64,000 nucleotides of DNA from Ignavibacteriota bacterium (GCA_963801355.1 CAWDEM010000008.1:2272001-2336000); one strand, 5' to 3'. Positions 9,339 to 19,775 are shown, counted from the stretch's first letter. Notes: generated by a model from the sequence alone, not told the origin. A program made the numbers and translations.

Positions 9339-12173
9339 ATGAAGATGACGAGCAGGACTATGTGGCTGTTGTGCCTTCTCCTGAGCGGGGTCGGCAGTTC
9401 CGCTCACGCGCAGTTCGATCGTCCATGGCAAATCTATCTCGTGCCGTCTTCACACATTGATGTCGGCTATACGGCCCCCGTCGGGCAGGTCCTGCAAGAC
9501 CATCTGCGCTACCTTGACACTGTCGTGGTCTGGACGGAACGAACGAACGGCAATCTTCCCGGTGAGCAGTTTCGCTGGACTATCGAGATTCCATGGGTGG
9601 TGGAGGCGTATCAGCAACATCGCACTGCCGCGCAGGTCGAACGTCTGATGGCGTGCGTGCGACGCGGTGAGGTTGAGATCGGCGGGATGTACTTCGGCCT
9701 GCAAACCGATTTGTGCGGCAACGAGGAACTCGTGCGTTCGCTCATATTTTCCCAGGAGATGCGCAATACGTACAACATTCCCGTCCGCACGGCATTCATC
9801 AACGACACTCCCGGTTTGACCTGGTCGCTCGCACAGCTCATGCCGAAGGCGGGAATACAATATCTGTCGGTGGCAATGAACTCATTCCTGTCCGACTTCT
9901 ACACAACGACGACGCTGCCCAATCTCTTCCATGTGCAGGCGCAGAACGGTGAGAAGCTCTTGGTGTGGCGTTCCATCGACAAGACGTGGGCGTACCTTGA
10001 GGGGAGCGTGACCTGTGCAGTCTATGCACCCGGGCCGGCGATTATGCAAACGAATCTCACCAAGTTTCTCCAGGCATTGGCGGGCAGCGGCTATCCATAC
10101 AACGAAGTGATGATCAACTGCGCCACCGGTGACAACGGCGCCCCTAATTTCACGATTGTCAACAATGCCAAGGATTGGAACGGTACATTCCCCAACGCAC
10201 GAATCCAGATAAGTACCGCGACAGCATTTTTTGATACTATGGTGGCCCGCCATGCCGCACAGATCCCGGTGTACAGCGGCGATGCGCCAAACTGGTGGTC
10301 ATGGCTTTTTGCCCCGTCCGCAACAGGCGGCAACGTGCTCTCCCGGAACGCCCATATGCTCCTTCCCGCTGCCGAAACCTTCGCTACCTTCGCTGCACAG
10401 AAGGATCCCGCGTTCATGATCACGCCGACAACACTGCGCAACGCCTACATCAACAATCTGACGTTTGAAGATCATAACCTCGGGGCGAACTATGCAGGGG
10501 GCAACGAGCCCTTCTGGGTTCTTAAGATGGGCTGGATCAACGCCGCGGTCGATACCGGCACGGCCGTTCTGGACCGGGCCATCGATGCGATTGGGCGAAG
10601 CATTCCCACGGGGACAACACCAGCGATAGCGGTATTCAATCCTCTTGCATGGGAACGTTCGATACCTGTGACGCTCACCGCATCACAGGTGACCTCCCTT
10701 GGGGTATGTGACATCCAAGAAGAATCGACGGGAGCGATGGTGCCCGCGCAGCTATTGCATGACGGTTCACTCTGCTTTATCGCAGCGCACGTCCCCTCGG
10801 TCGGCTATGCGGTCTATCGTATTGTGCCGAAGACAGAACCTTTCCTCCCGCCGCGTCCGCTTGCGGGATACACGGTAGAAAACGCATCATACCGGGTGGA
10901 TGTGGATCCAGCGACGGGCGGAGTGCTCTCCCTGATCGACAAGGGCACCGGCAGAGAGATTGTCTCCGGTGCAGGTCAGTTCAATCAGTACCGCTACAAC
11001 AACACTTTTTCCCCCTCAGGGATGACGATCCGCGCTTCGGATAGCGGATCCGTCTTGCAGTCCATCACGCTTCAAGGATCAGCACAGGGAACGAGCATGT
11101 TCGCCACGACTGTTGCCCTGTATGAAGCCATTAAGCGTCTGGAAATGCGCAGTGTGTACAACAAACTCATTCCGACCTCAACTGAGACGGTGGATTTCCA
11201 TTTCTCCTTTGCCGTGCCATCGCCGCAGATGAGATACGAAATACCGTTCGGCGACGTCAGGCTGTTCGCTGATGAGCTGAGCGGATTCAGCGTGAAACAC
11301 TACGCCTTCGGCCAGTGGCTGGATGTCGTGTCGGGCACGAACGATTTTGCCGCCGTGCTCGCCGTAAAGAACGCCTCAGTGACAGCTCATCCAAGCGGGA
11401 CATTTGAGGGCAACGTGCGCATCATGGTCTCCTACAACGATGCAGCATCAGCGTACCGCGCCGGTGTGGGACAGGTGCCCATGGACTTTTCGTTGACGAC
11501 CGCGTCAGGTTATTTCGCGGACTCCTCTATGCGCCATGCATATTCGTTCAGTGCGCCGGCACCGGTCCGGATCTTGCCTGCCGGCCAAAAGGGGACGCTG
11601 GGCGGCGGACGTCACTCTTTCCTGAGCGTCACGCCGGCGTGTCTCCTGCTCTCGACGGTAAAACCACCCGTGAGCGGAACCGGCTGCATCGTGCGTCTCT
11701 TCAATCCGCTTGATCACGCGGTCCCCGCAGTCTTGAAGTTCTCCGCTGCGGTACTGTCCGCGCGTGAGACGTCTCTGTTGGAAGTCGACGGTGCCACACT
11801 GGTATTCCGGCACGACTCTGTGTTTGCAGTATGGAACCCGTATGAAGTAAAAACCCTGCGCGTGCAACTTGCAGAGCCGACGTCCGCAGGACAATTCGAG
11901 GATGTCCCAGGCACATTCGATCTCGAACAGAATTATCCAAATCCTTTTAACCCGAGTACGACCATACGATTCTCAATTGTGGATCCACAATTCACCATTG
12001 TGAAGGTGTACGATCTGCTGGGGCGGGAGGTGGCGGTGCTCGTGAATGAACAGGTACCACCAGGACAACATGCTGTTGCATTCGATGCATCGCGACTTGC
12101 CAGCGGCACCTACGTGTGCCGGCTCCAGTCGGGAACGCACATCTCCACCATCAAAATGATGCTCGTCCGGTGA
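9339..12173 (+). CDS. GH38-like glycoside hydrolase with T9SS type A CTD
   Basis: SHIDVGYT, FRWTIE, INDTPG; C-terminal WNPYEVKTLRV then LEQNYPNPFNPSTTIRF..KMMLVR; start could be 9333, 9339 or 9345. Confidence 0.8.
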   Translation: MKMTSRTMWLLCLLLSGVGSSAHAQFDRPWQIYLVPSSHIDVGYTAPVGQVLQDHLRYLDTVVVWTERTNGNLPGEQFRWTIEIPWVVEAYQQHRTAAQVERLMACVRRGEVEIGGMYFGLQTDLCGNEELVRSLIFSQEMRNTYNIPVRTAFINDTPGLTWSLAQLMPKAGIQYLSVAMNSFLSDFYTTTTLPNLFHVQAQNGEKLLVWRSIDKTWAYLEGSVTCAVYAPGPAIMQTNLTKFLQALAGSGYPYNEVMINCATGDNGAPNFTIVNNAKDWNGTFPNARIQISTATAFFDTMVARHAAQIPVYSGDAPNWWSWLFAPSATGGNVLSRNAHMLLPAAETFATFAAQKDPAFMITPTTLRNAYINNLTFEDHNLGANYAGGNEPFWVLKMGWINAAVDTGTAVLDRAIDAIGRSIPTGTTPAIAVFNPLAWERSIPVTLTASQVTSLGVCDIQEESTGAMVPAQLLHDGSLCFIAAHVPSVGYAVYRIVPKTEPFLPPRPLAGYTVENASYRVDVDPATGGVLSLIDKGTGREIVSGAGQFNQYRYNNTFSPSGMTIRASDSGSVLQSITLQGSAQGTSMFATTVALYEAIKRLEMRSVYNKLIPTSTETVDFHFSFAVPSPQMRYEIPFGDVRLFADELSGFSVKHYAFGQWLDVVSGTNDFAAVLAVKNASVTAHPSGTFEGNVRIMVSYNDAASAYRAGVGQVPMDFSLTTASGYFADSSMRHAYSFSAPAPVRILPAGQKGTLGGGRHSFLSVTPACLLLSTVKPPVSGTGCIVRLFNPLDHAVPAVLKFSAAVLSARETSLLEVDGATLVFRHDSVFAVWNPYEVKTLRVQLAEPTSAGQFEDVPGTFDLEQNYPNPFNPSTTIRFSIVDPQFTIVKVYDLLGREVAVLVNEQVPPGQHAVAFDASRLASGTYVCRLQSGTHISTIKMMLVR

Positions 12174-12181
12174 GAACAACT

Positions 12182-13501
12182 ATGACACGGATCGCCGTCG
12201 GTCTCTCTGCCGCGGCGTTCATACTGCTCCTCGTCTGGGATGCGGGAGGAGAACGGCAACGGGACGACGGGCGACTGCACATCCGGTATTGGACTATCAT
12301 CGGGATGAAGGAAATCATTCCGTACTTCGCACGGTCCTTCGGCGATACCCAGGATCGCATTGTCGTTGATACAACCCCTATTCCCTGGCAGGAACATGAG
12401 AAGAAGATACTGACCTCGATCGTGAGCGGCAATCCACCCGACGTTGTCAACCAGATGACTCCGGTTGCCAAGTGGGCGTCGCGGCTGGCGCTGGTGCCGC
12501 TGGATGAGTATATTCGCCGGGATCATTTCGACACCACTATGTTTTTTAAGTCTCTCTGGGAGGAGATGCGCTATCGCGGTCGGATCTACGGCATCCCGGT
12601 CTACTCCGGATCGTATGCCCTCTTTTATAACAGAACGCTCTTCCGTGAGGCGGGCCTCGATCCCGACAAACCCCCGCACACATGGGAGGACGTTTTCGCA
12701 TTGAACAAGCGGTTCGTCAGGAGGGACGCCCGCGGGCATCTGCTCAGGATGGGGTTCATCCCCAACTACGGCAACGTCCAGACCTTCATGTTAATGGCCT
12801 GGCAGCAAGGAGCCTCTTTCGTGAGCCCCGACGGTACGCGGATTCAGGTCGCCGATTCTTCGGTGGTACATGCACTGCAGTGGGTGCAGCGGTTTTACGC
12901 TGAGTATGACCAGCGGGATATCGCAGCGTTCCTCGGCGGACTCGGGTTTGCAGATCAACACGGCTTCATCGCGGGAAAGGTCGCGATGATGATCCTTGAC
13001 AGCAGTTTTCCCGATCAGATTCGCGCTTACAAACCGGGGCTGGACTACGGTGTGGCCATGATCCCGACGTTTCCCGGAGATCCCACGGCGTCCGTTTCCG
13101 GCAGCTGGTGGCTGGGAATTCCTCGGGGGGCAAAACACCCCGAGGAAGCCTGGCAGTTCATCAAACACGCCGTCACCAAAGAATCCCAGCTGCTGGAAAT
13201 TGAAAAGACTGAGGAAAGTCTGTTCCCTGCAAACCGTCTCGCCGCGGAGGATCCCCGGTTCATGAACACGCCGGCCCGGGAGGTGTTCGTGCGTATGATG
13301 GAGTTCTCGCATTCGCCATCAATCGTCCCCCTTGCCCACGATATGTTCTGGCGCGAGATCTCTGGCGCACAGGAACGGGTTATCCACAATCTGCAATCCC
13401 CCGACGAGGCCCTGCGCCAGGCGGAACGGCAGATCCAGGCCATCCTCGACGATGCACGGGATTACGACCTGTATGTGCATACTCATGCGGGAGGAGAGTA
13501 A
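12182..13501 (+). CDS. Sugar ABC transporter substrate-binding protein (CUT1)
   Basis: IVSGNPPDV, YRGRIYGIP, LFYNRTLFREAGLDPDKPPHTWED; N-terminal hydrophobic segment. Confidence 0.9.
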   Translation: MTRIAVGLSAAAFILLLVWDAGGERQRDDGRLHIRYWTIIGMKEIIPYFARSFGDTQDRIVVDTTPIPWQEHEKKILTSIVSGNPPDVVNQMTPVAKWASRLALVPLDEYIRRDHFDTTMFFKSLWEEMRYRGRIYGIPVYSGSYALFYNRTLFREAGLDPDKPPHTWEDVFALNKRFVRRDARGHLLRMGFIPNYGNVQTFMLMAWQQGASFVSPDGTRIQVADSSVVHALQWVQRFYAEYDQRDIAAFLGGLGFADQHGFIAGKVAMMILDSSFPDQIRAYKPGLDYGVAMIPTFPGDPTASVSGSWWLGIPRGAKHPEEAWQFIKHAVTKESQLLEIEKTEESLFPANRLAAEDPRFMNTPAREVFVRMMEFSHSPSIVPLAHDMFWREISGAQERVIHNLQSPDEALRQAERQIQAILDDARDYDLYVHTHAGGE

Positions 13502-14425
13502 ATGAAAGGGATCGACACAACCTGGATGCGCACGCCGCGCCGCAGGCAGGAAGCCTTCCTGGGTATCCTCTTTGCATCGCCGTGGCTTGTCGGATTCCTG
13601 GTGTTCGGCCTCTATCCGATGATTATGTCGCTGTACTTCAGCCTCTGCCGGTATGATGTGCTGCGCATCCCTCAGTTCATCGGACTTGGCAACTATCACA
13701 CACTCCTTGCACGCGATCCGTATTTTTGGACGGCGGTAGAGAACACCCTCTCTTATGCCCTCGTGCGCACACCGCTTTGCGTCGCCGGTTCGCTGTTCCT
13801 CGCCGTGCTGATCAATCGTGCCACGCGCGGTGCGCGGCTCTACCGGACGGTCTTCTTCCTCCCATCCATCGTCTCCGGCGTGGTTGTTTCTGTTCTCTGG
13901 CTCTGGCTCCTGAATCCCCAGTACGGGCTCATCAACTCGGCTCTCCAGTTGGTCGGCATCAACGGGCCGCTCTGGTTGCAGAGCCCCGAGTGGTCCAAGC
14001 CATCCCTTGTCCTTATGAGCCTCTGGTCGATCGGCGGCGGCCGGATGATCGTGTTCCTCGCCGCCCTCCAGACTGTGCCGCAGCATCTGTATGAGGTTGT
14101 CGACCTGGATGGGGGAGGTGCATGGCAGAAGTTCCGGCACGTCACCTTGCCCATGATTTCACCGGTGCTGTTTTTGTGGATTGTACTGGAAGTCATCTTT
14201 TCGTTTCAGGTGTTCACAGAATCCTATGTCATGACCAAAGGCGGACCGCTCAACTCCACGCTGTTCTATAATCTGTATCTGTACTACAAGGCGTTTGATG
14301 ATTTCGACATGGGATACGCCTCCGCACTTGCATGGCTCCTGCTCCTGTTCTCAGTGGTCGTCACTGTGGTGCAGTTCAAAGTCGGAAAACGGTGGGTGTA
14401 CTACGAAGCCGGCCGGGGGTCTTGA
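13502..14425 (+). CDS. Carbohydrate ABC transporter permease (MalF/UgpA-like)
   Basis: ALQTVPQHLYEVVDLDGGGAWQKFRHVTLP (EAA-loop variant), MGYASALAW. Confidence 0.93.
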   Translation: MKGIDTTWMRTPRRRQEAFLGILFASPWLVGFLVFGLYPMIMSLYFSLCRYDVLRIPQFIGLGNYHTLLARDPYFWTAVENTLSYALVRTPLCVAGSLFLAVLINRATRGARLYRTVFFLPSIVSGVVVSVLWLWLLNPQYGLINSALQLVGINGPLWLQSPEWSKPSLVLMSLWSIGGGRMIVFLAALQTVPQHLYEVVDLDGGGAWQKFRHVTLPMISPVLFLWIVLEVIFSFQVFTESYVMTKGGPLNSTLFYNLYLYYKAFDDFDMGYASALAWLLLLFSVVVTVVQFKVGKRWVYYEAGRGS

Positions 14426-14428
14426 GCG

Positions 14429-15265
14429 ATGACGCATCGACACAAAGGATGGAAACAGCTGGGGCTGTACACCGTACTGACGGCGTTCGGCGCCTTGTTC
14501 CTGATTCCCTTTCTGTGGGTGCTTTCGACTTCGCTCAAGGGCAATGAGCAAATCTTTACCATTCCCCCGCAGTGGATTCCGTTGCGGCTCCACTGGGAGA
14601 ACTACACGGAAATTTTCCGGCGCATGCCGGTGCTCCTGTATCTGAAGAACTCTGTGATTGTAACGGTGTTGCAGATGGTCGGCATCGTGGGTTCGAGCTC
14701 TCTGGTCGCGTATGCCTTCGCCATCCTCCGGTGGCCGGGCCGGAATCTCCTGTTTGGCGTCCTTCTTGCGACAATGATGCTTCCGATGCAGGTGACAATG
14801 ATCCCGGTGTTCGTGCTCTTCAAGCAACTCGGTTGGCTGGACACATTCAAGCCACTGGTCGTGCCGGCGTTCCTGGGCGGGGGCGCATTCAACATCTTCT
14901 TGCTGCGCCAGTTCTTCCTGGGCATTCCAGGAGAAATTGCCGACGCTGCCCGCATCGACGGATGCTCGGAATTCCGCATCTACTGGAACATCATGCTGCC
15001 CCTGGCCTCGCCCGCACTGGCAACGGTCGCCATCATGACCTTCATGTTCTCATGGAACGATTTCCTCGGACCGCTCATCTATCTGTCCGAAAAGGACAAG
15101 AGCACGTTGGCACTGGGTTTATCAATGTTCGTCGGACAGCAAACAAGTGAGTGGGCACTGCTGATGGCAGCTTCCATATTGATGATGCTTCCGATGGTGG
15201 CAGTCTTTTTCTTCTTCCAGAAATATATCATCCAGGGCTTCACTATGAGCGGACTCAAAGGATGA
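14429..15265 (+). CDS. Carbohydrate ABC transporter permease (MalG/UgpE-like)
   Basis: LLRQFF..IPGEIADAARIDGCS, WNDFLGPLIYL, FQKYIIQGFTMSGLKG. Confidence 0.93.
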   Translation: MTHRHKGWKQLGLYTVLTAFGALFLIPFLWVLSTSLKGNEQIFTIPPQWIPLRLHWENYTEIFRRMPVLLYLKNSVIVTVLQMVGIVGSSSLVAYAFAILRWPGRNLLFGVLLATMMLPMQVTMIPVFVLFKQLGWLDTFKPLVVPAFLGGGAFNIFLLRQFFLGIPGEIADAARIDGCSEFRIYWNIMLPLASPALATVAIMTFMFSWNDFLGPLIYLSEKDKSTLALGLSMFVGQQTSEWALLMAASILMMLPMVAVFFFFQKYIIQGFTMSGLKG

Positions 15266-18200
15266 ATCGGTACGCAAGGGTTCTCGTGGCCGTCATGGCC
15301 GTCGGGGTCGTCAGCACCGGATATGCGACCGCCCAGCAGACAATGCGGCTGTCGTTGCGGAATGATGGCTCTGTTCCTGCCTGGCTGGTGGCAGGACCAT
15401 TTGAACAGGGAATCGAAGGGTTCGGCCAATGGCGGTCTGTCGATGCGATCGGCGAAGATTCCGTCAGGCCCCGGACAGGAGGTTTCCTCTCCGCACCTCT
15501 GGTGCAGGGCGGCTCCACAACCTGGGCAGTCCAGTCAGTGGACGCACGCGGCTATCTCGATCTGAATAGTTCGGTGGGGTGGTCGATACCCGGCCGGACG
15601 CCCGAGCAGGTCTGGTGGACGAAAGCGGCATATGCGTATGTCAAAATGGAATCCGCGTCGGCGCGGAAATTGCATCTGTTGGTCGGCACGAACTCACAGC
15701 TCGTGGTCTTCATCAATGGTACGACGGTCCATCAGTTTTCCGGTCAACGGGATGCCGTTCCCGATGACGATACGGTGGACCTCCCCATCGCTGCCGGTGT
15801 CAATCATCTGCTCATGAAGATCGGCAATACCCACAAGAATCACCGGTCACCGTTCTTCGGCGGGATCAGCTTCGGGTGGGGAAGCTATTGCCGACTGCTG
15901 ACGCGCGACGGACAGGTTCCTCAGGATATCACCATCACATTCGACGATGTGCCTTCAGGCCCGCTGATGCAGCTCCACTCCACCTTCTTCTTCCGCAAGA
16001 GTGGCAATGCCCTCCAACAACGGCATGACCTTGAGATCTTTTCTCCCGGCGAGGATTCCACCGCCGGAAGCCTTGTCATGGTGGCGAACGGGCAGACCGT
16101 CCGGCATGCGCTTCCCTCCCTGCAGTGGGGGTGGAACCGTGTTCCATTGTGGCACGCGGCCCAAACAGCCAACACGCCTGCAAGCTTCCGTCTGGAAATC
16201 GGCACCAAGGGCATCACTCATTCTGACACCCTTCGCGCGGAACAGCGGTACGAACTCCAGCTGGTGTTCCTGACCCACACCGACATCGGCTACACACATC
16301 CCCAGCCGGTGGTGAAGGAGTTGCACTGTGCCGCACTTGATGAAGTGCTGGCCCTCTGCAGGAAACATCCCGATTTTCGCTGGACGATTGAAACGGTCTG
16401 GCAGCTCGAGCAATATCAACAATCGCGTTCGAAAGCAGCCATACAGGAATTGTACCGCTACATGCGCGAGGGACGTATAGCCCTATCCCCTGTCTCCACC
16501 AATCCATACACCGGCTGGGTGAGTGAGGAGGAGATGATCCGGGCAATGTATCCCGGCCGCGATGTTCAGCAGCTCCTGGGGATCTCGACGCCCGGTGCCG
16601 TGTACAATGACGTGCCGGGTCTTGCATGGATGATGCCTCGTATTCTCTCGGACGCCGGTGTCCGGCTCATCCTGTGTGGACTGAACGAGGTCTACGGCGG
16701 ATATGCACTGCAGCGCGCACTTCCGAAGGCCTTCCTTTGGGAAGGCGGCGATGGCACGCGTCTCGCAGTGTACAGGAATGAGACCTACACGGAAGGGACC
16801 GACTATGGACTGGAGCACGACCCGCCCGTAATTGCCCACCGCATGTGGGAGCGCCTCCTCCGCCTCCGGGCCTCGAGGGAAGACCGTCGGATGGTCCTGC
16901 TCAACTCCGCCTGGTTTGACAACGGTCCGCCCGCCGCCCACCAGTTCGAAGCGGCAAGGAAGTGGAACGCCGAGTATGCCTATCCGCGATTTGTCGTCAC
17001 GACACTGGCGGACGCAGCGAAGGCTTTCATCCGTGACTATGCACATGCTCTTCCGGTGTTGAGGGGAGATTGGACATCGTCATGGGACATGCTCTACCAG
17101 GGAGAACCTGAACGCGTGGCAAGGGAGCGGGCAACACAGCAAAGCCTCATTGCGGCCGAGGCCCTCGATGCCCTCACCACGGTCATCCGACCAGAGGTGG
17201 TGCCGGCCACAAAGGCCGCAGACAACGCCTATGCAGCACTGTTGGAGTACAGCGGCCATGGCAGCGGCTTGGAGGCCGGGTTTGGCACCCCTGGTGAGAA
17301 TGCCCTGACGATGCAGATGCGCGAGCAGTACCTCCGAAATGCCGGCAGCATTACGGCGGAGCTGTACTACCGTGCGCTCACTCGGATCATCCGGGCTGAA
17401 GAAGCGTTCGACGCCGAAGGGATCATCGCGGTGAACCCACTGTCGTGGCAATGCACCGTGCCAGTTGAAATCGAGCTTAAAGACTCCTCAGATCATCAGC
17501 TCGAGCTGACCGACCCTCTGACGGGTCGAATGGTCCCCAGCTTCCGGATGGGCCATCGGCTTTCCTTCGTGGCACCAGATCTTCCTCCGATGGGATTCCG
17601 CAAATTCTTTACCTCATCTGGAAAGCAGGGAACCCCCGCCCCGGATAGCCAGGATCTGAGACTCACTGGTTCATACATCGAAAACAGGGCTTATCGTATC
17701 ACCTTTGATCCACACGGAGGACTGGTCACATCGATTGTTGACAAGCGCAGCGGCATCGAGCTGCTCTCCTCCCGTGGCATGCCGTTCAACGAACCCATGG
17801 TCCAGACGGGTGTTGCGGGACGCGGATATAGACCGGCGAGCGGAGAAAACGGTCAGTGTACCGTTACCGACGAACGCCCGGTCCGACTCGTCCTCTCGAT
17901 TCTGCGTCCCGGTAGAGTTATCGAAAAAACGGAGTATATATTATGGACCGGTGTCGATCGGGTTGACCTCCTCCACACCGTGAACCTGGAGCAACTCCGG
18001 CCCCCAAAGGAGGTCGAAGTGTACGCTGCGGCGTTTCCGTTCGCGTTCGCAGGCTCATCTGTCGCGTTCATGGACCTTCTGGGGGGAGTTGCACGAGTCC
18101 CAGACCAACGTCTCCCGGGAGCACTGAACGATATCTACTCCATCAGGCGGTCTGCCGCGGTGACAGATGGCCGCACGTGCATCGCACTTGCCGCAGTTGA

Positions 18201-18717
18201 CAGCCGGATTCTCTTTTGGAAGAGAGACTCGCTCACCGGGGGTTCTGTCCTCATGGTCAACCTGGTCAACAATTTCCCACTCGAGTGGAACAGAAACGAG
18301 GCGAACGCAGGCCGCCTGCGCCTCCGGTTCGCGTTCAGGAGCATGCCGGGATCCTACGATGCAGATGGAACAGCGCGCTTCGGTTGGGAGGTACAGACTA
18401 ACTTTTTTGCACGGACCACGTTATTGCGAAAAGCACCAGCGCAAATGAGCTATCTTGCGGTTGCAGGCAGAAATGCCTTGCTCACCGGCCTGAAATGCGG
18501 AACTTCATCCGACGACATTGTCCTCCGCATAACAAATGTCAGCCCTGACAGCGCAACGGATGCAACCGTTACTTCACCGTTCCTGTTGCCTGCTGACATA
18601 TCCAGGGCCTCGTTGCTGGAAACAAACAGGAAGCGGTCCGGCAGCTCCGGACCAGGCTTGCGTGTCAGGCTGCAACCGTCCGAAACACAGACTGTCATTC
18701 TGCGAAAAAAGCGTTAA
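15262..18717 (+). CDS. Exported GH38-like glycoside hydrolase with N-terminal accessory domain, no CTD
   Basis: Signal peptide MNRYARVLVAV; WLVAGPF accessory domain; THTDIGYT, FRWTIE, YNDVPG; ATGA overlap with the permease. Confidence 0.75.
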   Translation: MNRYARVLVAVMAVGVVSTGYATAQQTMRLSLRNDGSVPAWLVAGPFEQGIEGFGQWRSVDAIGEDSVRPRTGGFLSAPLVQGGSTTWAVQSVDARGYLDLNSSVGWSIPGRTPEQVWWTKAAYAYVKMESASARKLHLLVGTNSQLVVFINGTTVHQFSGQRDAVPDDDTVDLPIAAGVNHLLMKIGNTHKNHRSPFFGGISFGWGSYCRLLTRDGQVPQDITITFDDVPSGPLMQLHSTFFFRKSGNALQQRHDLEIFSPGEDSTAGSLVMVANGQTVRHALPSLQWGWNRVPLWHAAQTANTPASFRLEIGTKGITHSDTLRAEQRYELQLVFLTHTDIGYTHPQPVVKELHCAALDEVLALCRKHPDFRWTIETVWQLEQYQQSRSKAAIQELYRYMREGRIALSPVSTNPYTGWVSEEEMIRAMYPGRDVQQLLGISTPGAVYNDVPGLAWMMPRILSDAGVRLILCGLNEVYGGYALQRALPKAFLWEGGDGTRLAVYRNETYTEGTDYGLEHDPPVIAHRMWERLLRLRASREDRRMVLLNSAWFDNGPPAAHQFEAARKWNAEYAYPRFVVTTLADAAKAFIRDYAHALPVLRGDWTSSWDMLYQGEPERVARERATQQSLIAAEALDALTTVIRPEVVPATKAADNAYAALLEYSGHGSGLEAGFGTPGENALTMQMREQYLRNAGSITAELYYRALTRIIRAEEAFDAEGIIAVNPLSWQCTVPVEIELKDSSDHQLELTDPLTGRMVPSFRMGHRLSFVAPDLPPMGFRKFFTSSGKQGTPAPDSQDLRLTGSYIENRAYRITFDPHGGLVTSIVDKRSGIELLSSRGMPFNEPMVQTGVAGRGYRPASGENGQCTVTDERPVRLVLSILRPGRVIEKTEYILWTGVDRVDLLHTVNLEQLRPPKEVEVYAAAFPFAFAGSSVAFMDLLGGVARVPDQRLPGALNDIYSIRRSAAVTDGRTCIALAAVDSRILFWKRDSLTGGSVLMVNLVNNFPLEWNRNEANAGRLRLRFAFRSMPGSYDADGTARFGWEVQTNFFARTTLLRKAPAQMSYLAVAGRNALLTGLKCGTSSDDIVLRITNVSPDSATDATVTSPFLLPADISRASLLETNRKRSGSSGPGLRVRLQPSETQTVILRKKR

Positions 18718-18838
18718 CATTCAAGAACACACGACAATCCCGAGAGAGGAGGGCTTGAGTAAGCCATTGCGAACTGGTATGTGACGACCATGGTTCGGTT
18801 TTTCCCCATTCCATCCACTCAACACAAGGAGGCTGTCC

Positions 18839-19681
18839 ATGAACTGGAAAAGGCTTGGTACAACGCTGTCGATACTCCTGCTGCCCCTGCTGCTCACGCG
18901 CTGTCTGATCACGCAGGTGCAGCAGCCGACGGCCGCGACAGCCAATAGCAACATCACGGTTACCGTCACCATCAAGGATGATATTGTGCCGGAGAGCAAT
19001 CCCCATAAGGGCGTTCTCTGCGTGCTGGCACCGACCGACTGGAGTTTCGTGTCCGGTACCTACACGGCTCAACTGGACAATGGCTCGGCACTCGGCAATG
19101 GTACGATCGCCCTGGCCACAAACTGGGCGGATTCCGCGACACAGGTGGTCCCGCCTCCAGCCGGGTACAAGTGGATCGGGCTTCTCTCCAGCACGGGCTA
19201 TACGTATCCCGATACCATCTTTGTGGACGCCGCGGTGGTGTTGAAGGTGGGAGCAAAGAACGGTGTGTACAATCTCGGGTACTTCACTACAAAGAACACG
19301 ACAGATCTCATCACGCACCTCGGTCCGCCGGACTTCTGGGCCGATACGGCGATGAACTTCAAGATTACCGTGACCGGAGGAACGTCTGTCGAGGAGAAAT
19401 CTCTGAACCGGGTCCCGGACTCATATGGACTCTCCCAGAATTTCCCCAATCCATTCAATCCGTCAACCTCCATCCGGTTCGACCTCAAAGAACGTTCGAC
19501 CGTACGCTTGTCGATCTTCGATGTTACCGGTCGTGAGATTGAAACGCTCGTCGATGGAGTGCGGGAAGCCGGGTCGTATGAAGTCTCGTTTTCTCCTGAA
19601 TTCCTGTCCAGCGGCGTGTACCTCTACCGTCTGCGAACGGGAGACTTCATCAAGACGTTGAAGATGGTCTATTCAAAGTAA
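18839..19681 (+). CDS. Lipoprotein-like protein with T9SS type A CTD
   Basis: Strong RBS AAGGAGG; signal ending LLLTRC; LSQNFPNPFNPSTSIRF..KMVYSK. Confidence 0.8.
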   Translation: MNWKRLGTTLSILLLPLLLTRCLITQVQQPTAATANSNITVTVTIKDDIVPESNPHKGVLCVLAPTDWSFVSGTYTAQLDNGSALGNGTIALATNWADSATQVVPPPAGYKWIGLLSSTGYTYPDTIFVDAAVVLKVGAKNGVYNLGYFTTKNTTDLITHLGPPDFWADTAMNFKITVTGGTSVEEKSLNRVPDSYGLSQNFPNPFNPSTSIRFDLKERSTVRLSIFDVTGREIETLVDGVREAGSYEVSFSPEFLSSGVYLYRLRTGDFIKTLKMVYSK

Positions 19682-19698
19682 CCTGTACCGTTGAACTC

Positions 19699-19743
19699 CC
19701 GCGAGGGCTGTGTCGCGTGCGCAGATGCGGCCAGCCCTCGCGG
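19699..19743 (+). other. Strong intergenic stem-loop without a U tract
   Basis: CCGCGAGGGCTG (19699-19710) pairs with CAGCCCTCGCGG (19732-19743), plus a 7 bp inner stem with GU pairs. Confidence 0.7.
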
Positions 19744-19775
19744 TACGAACAACCACTCTTCTCCAAAGGCGACGC

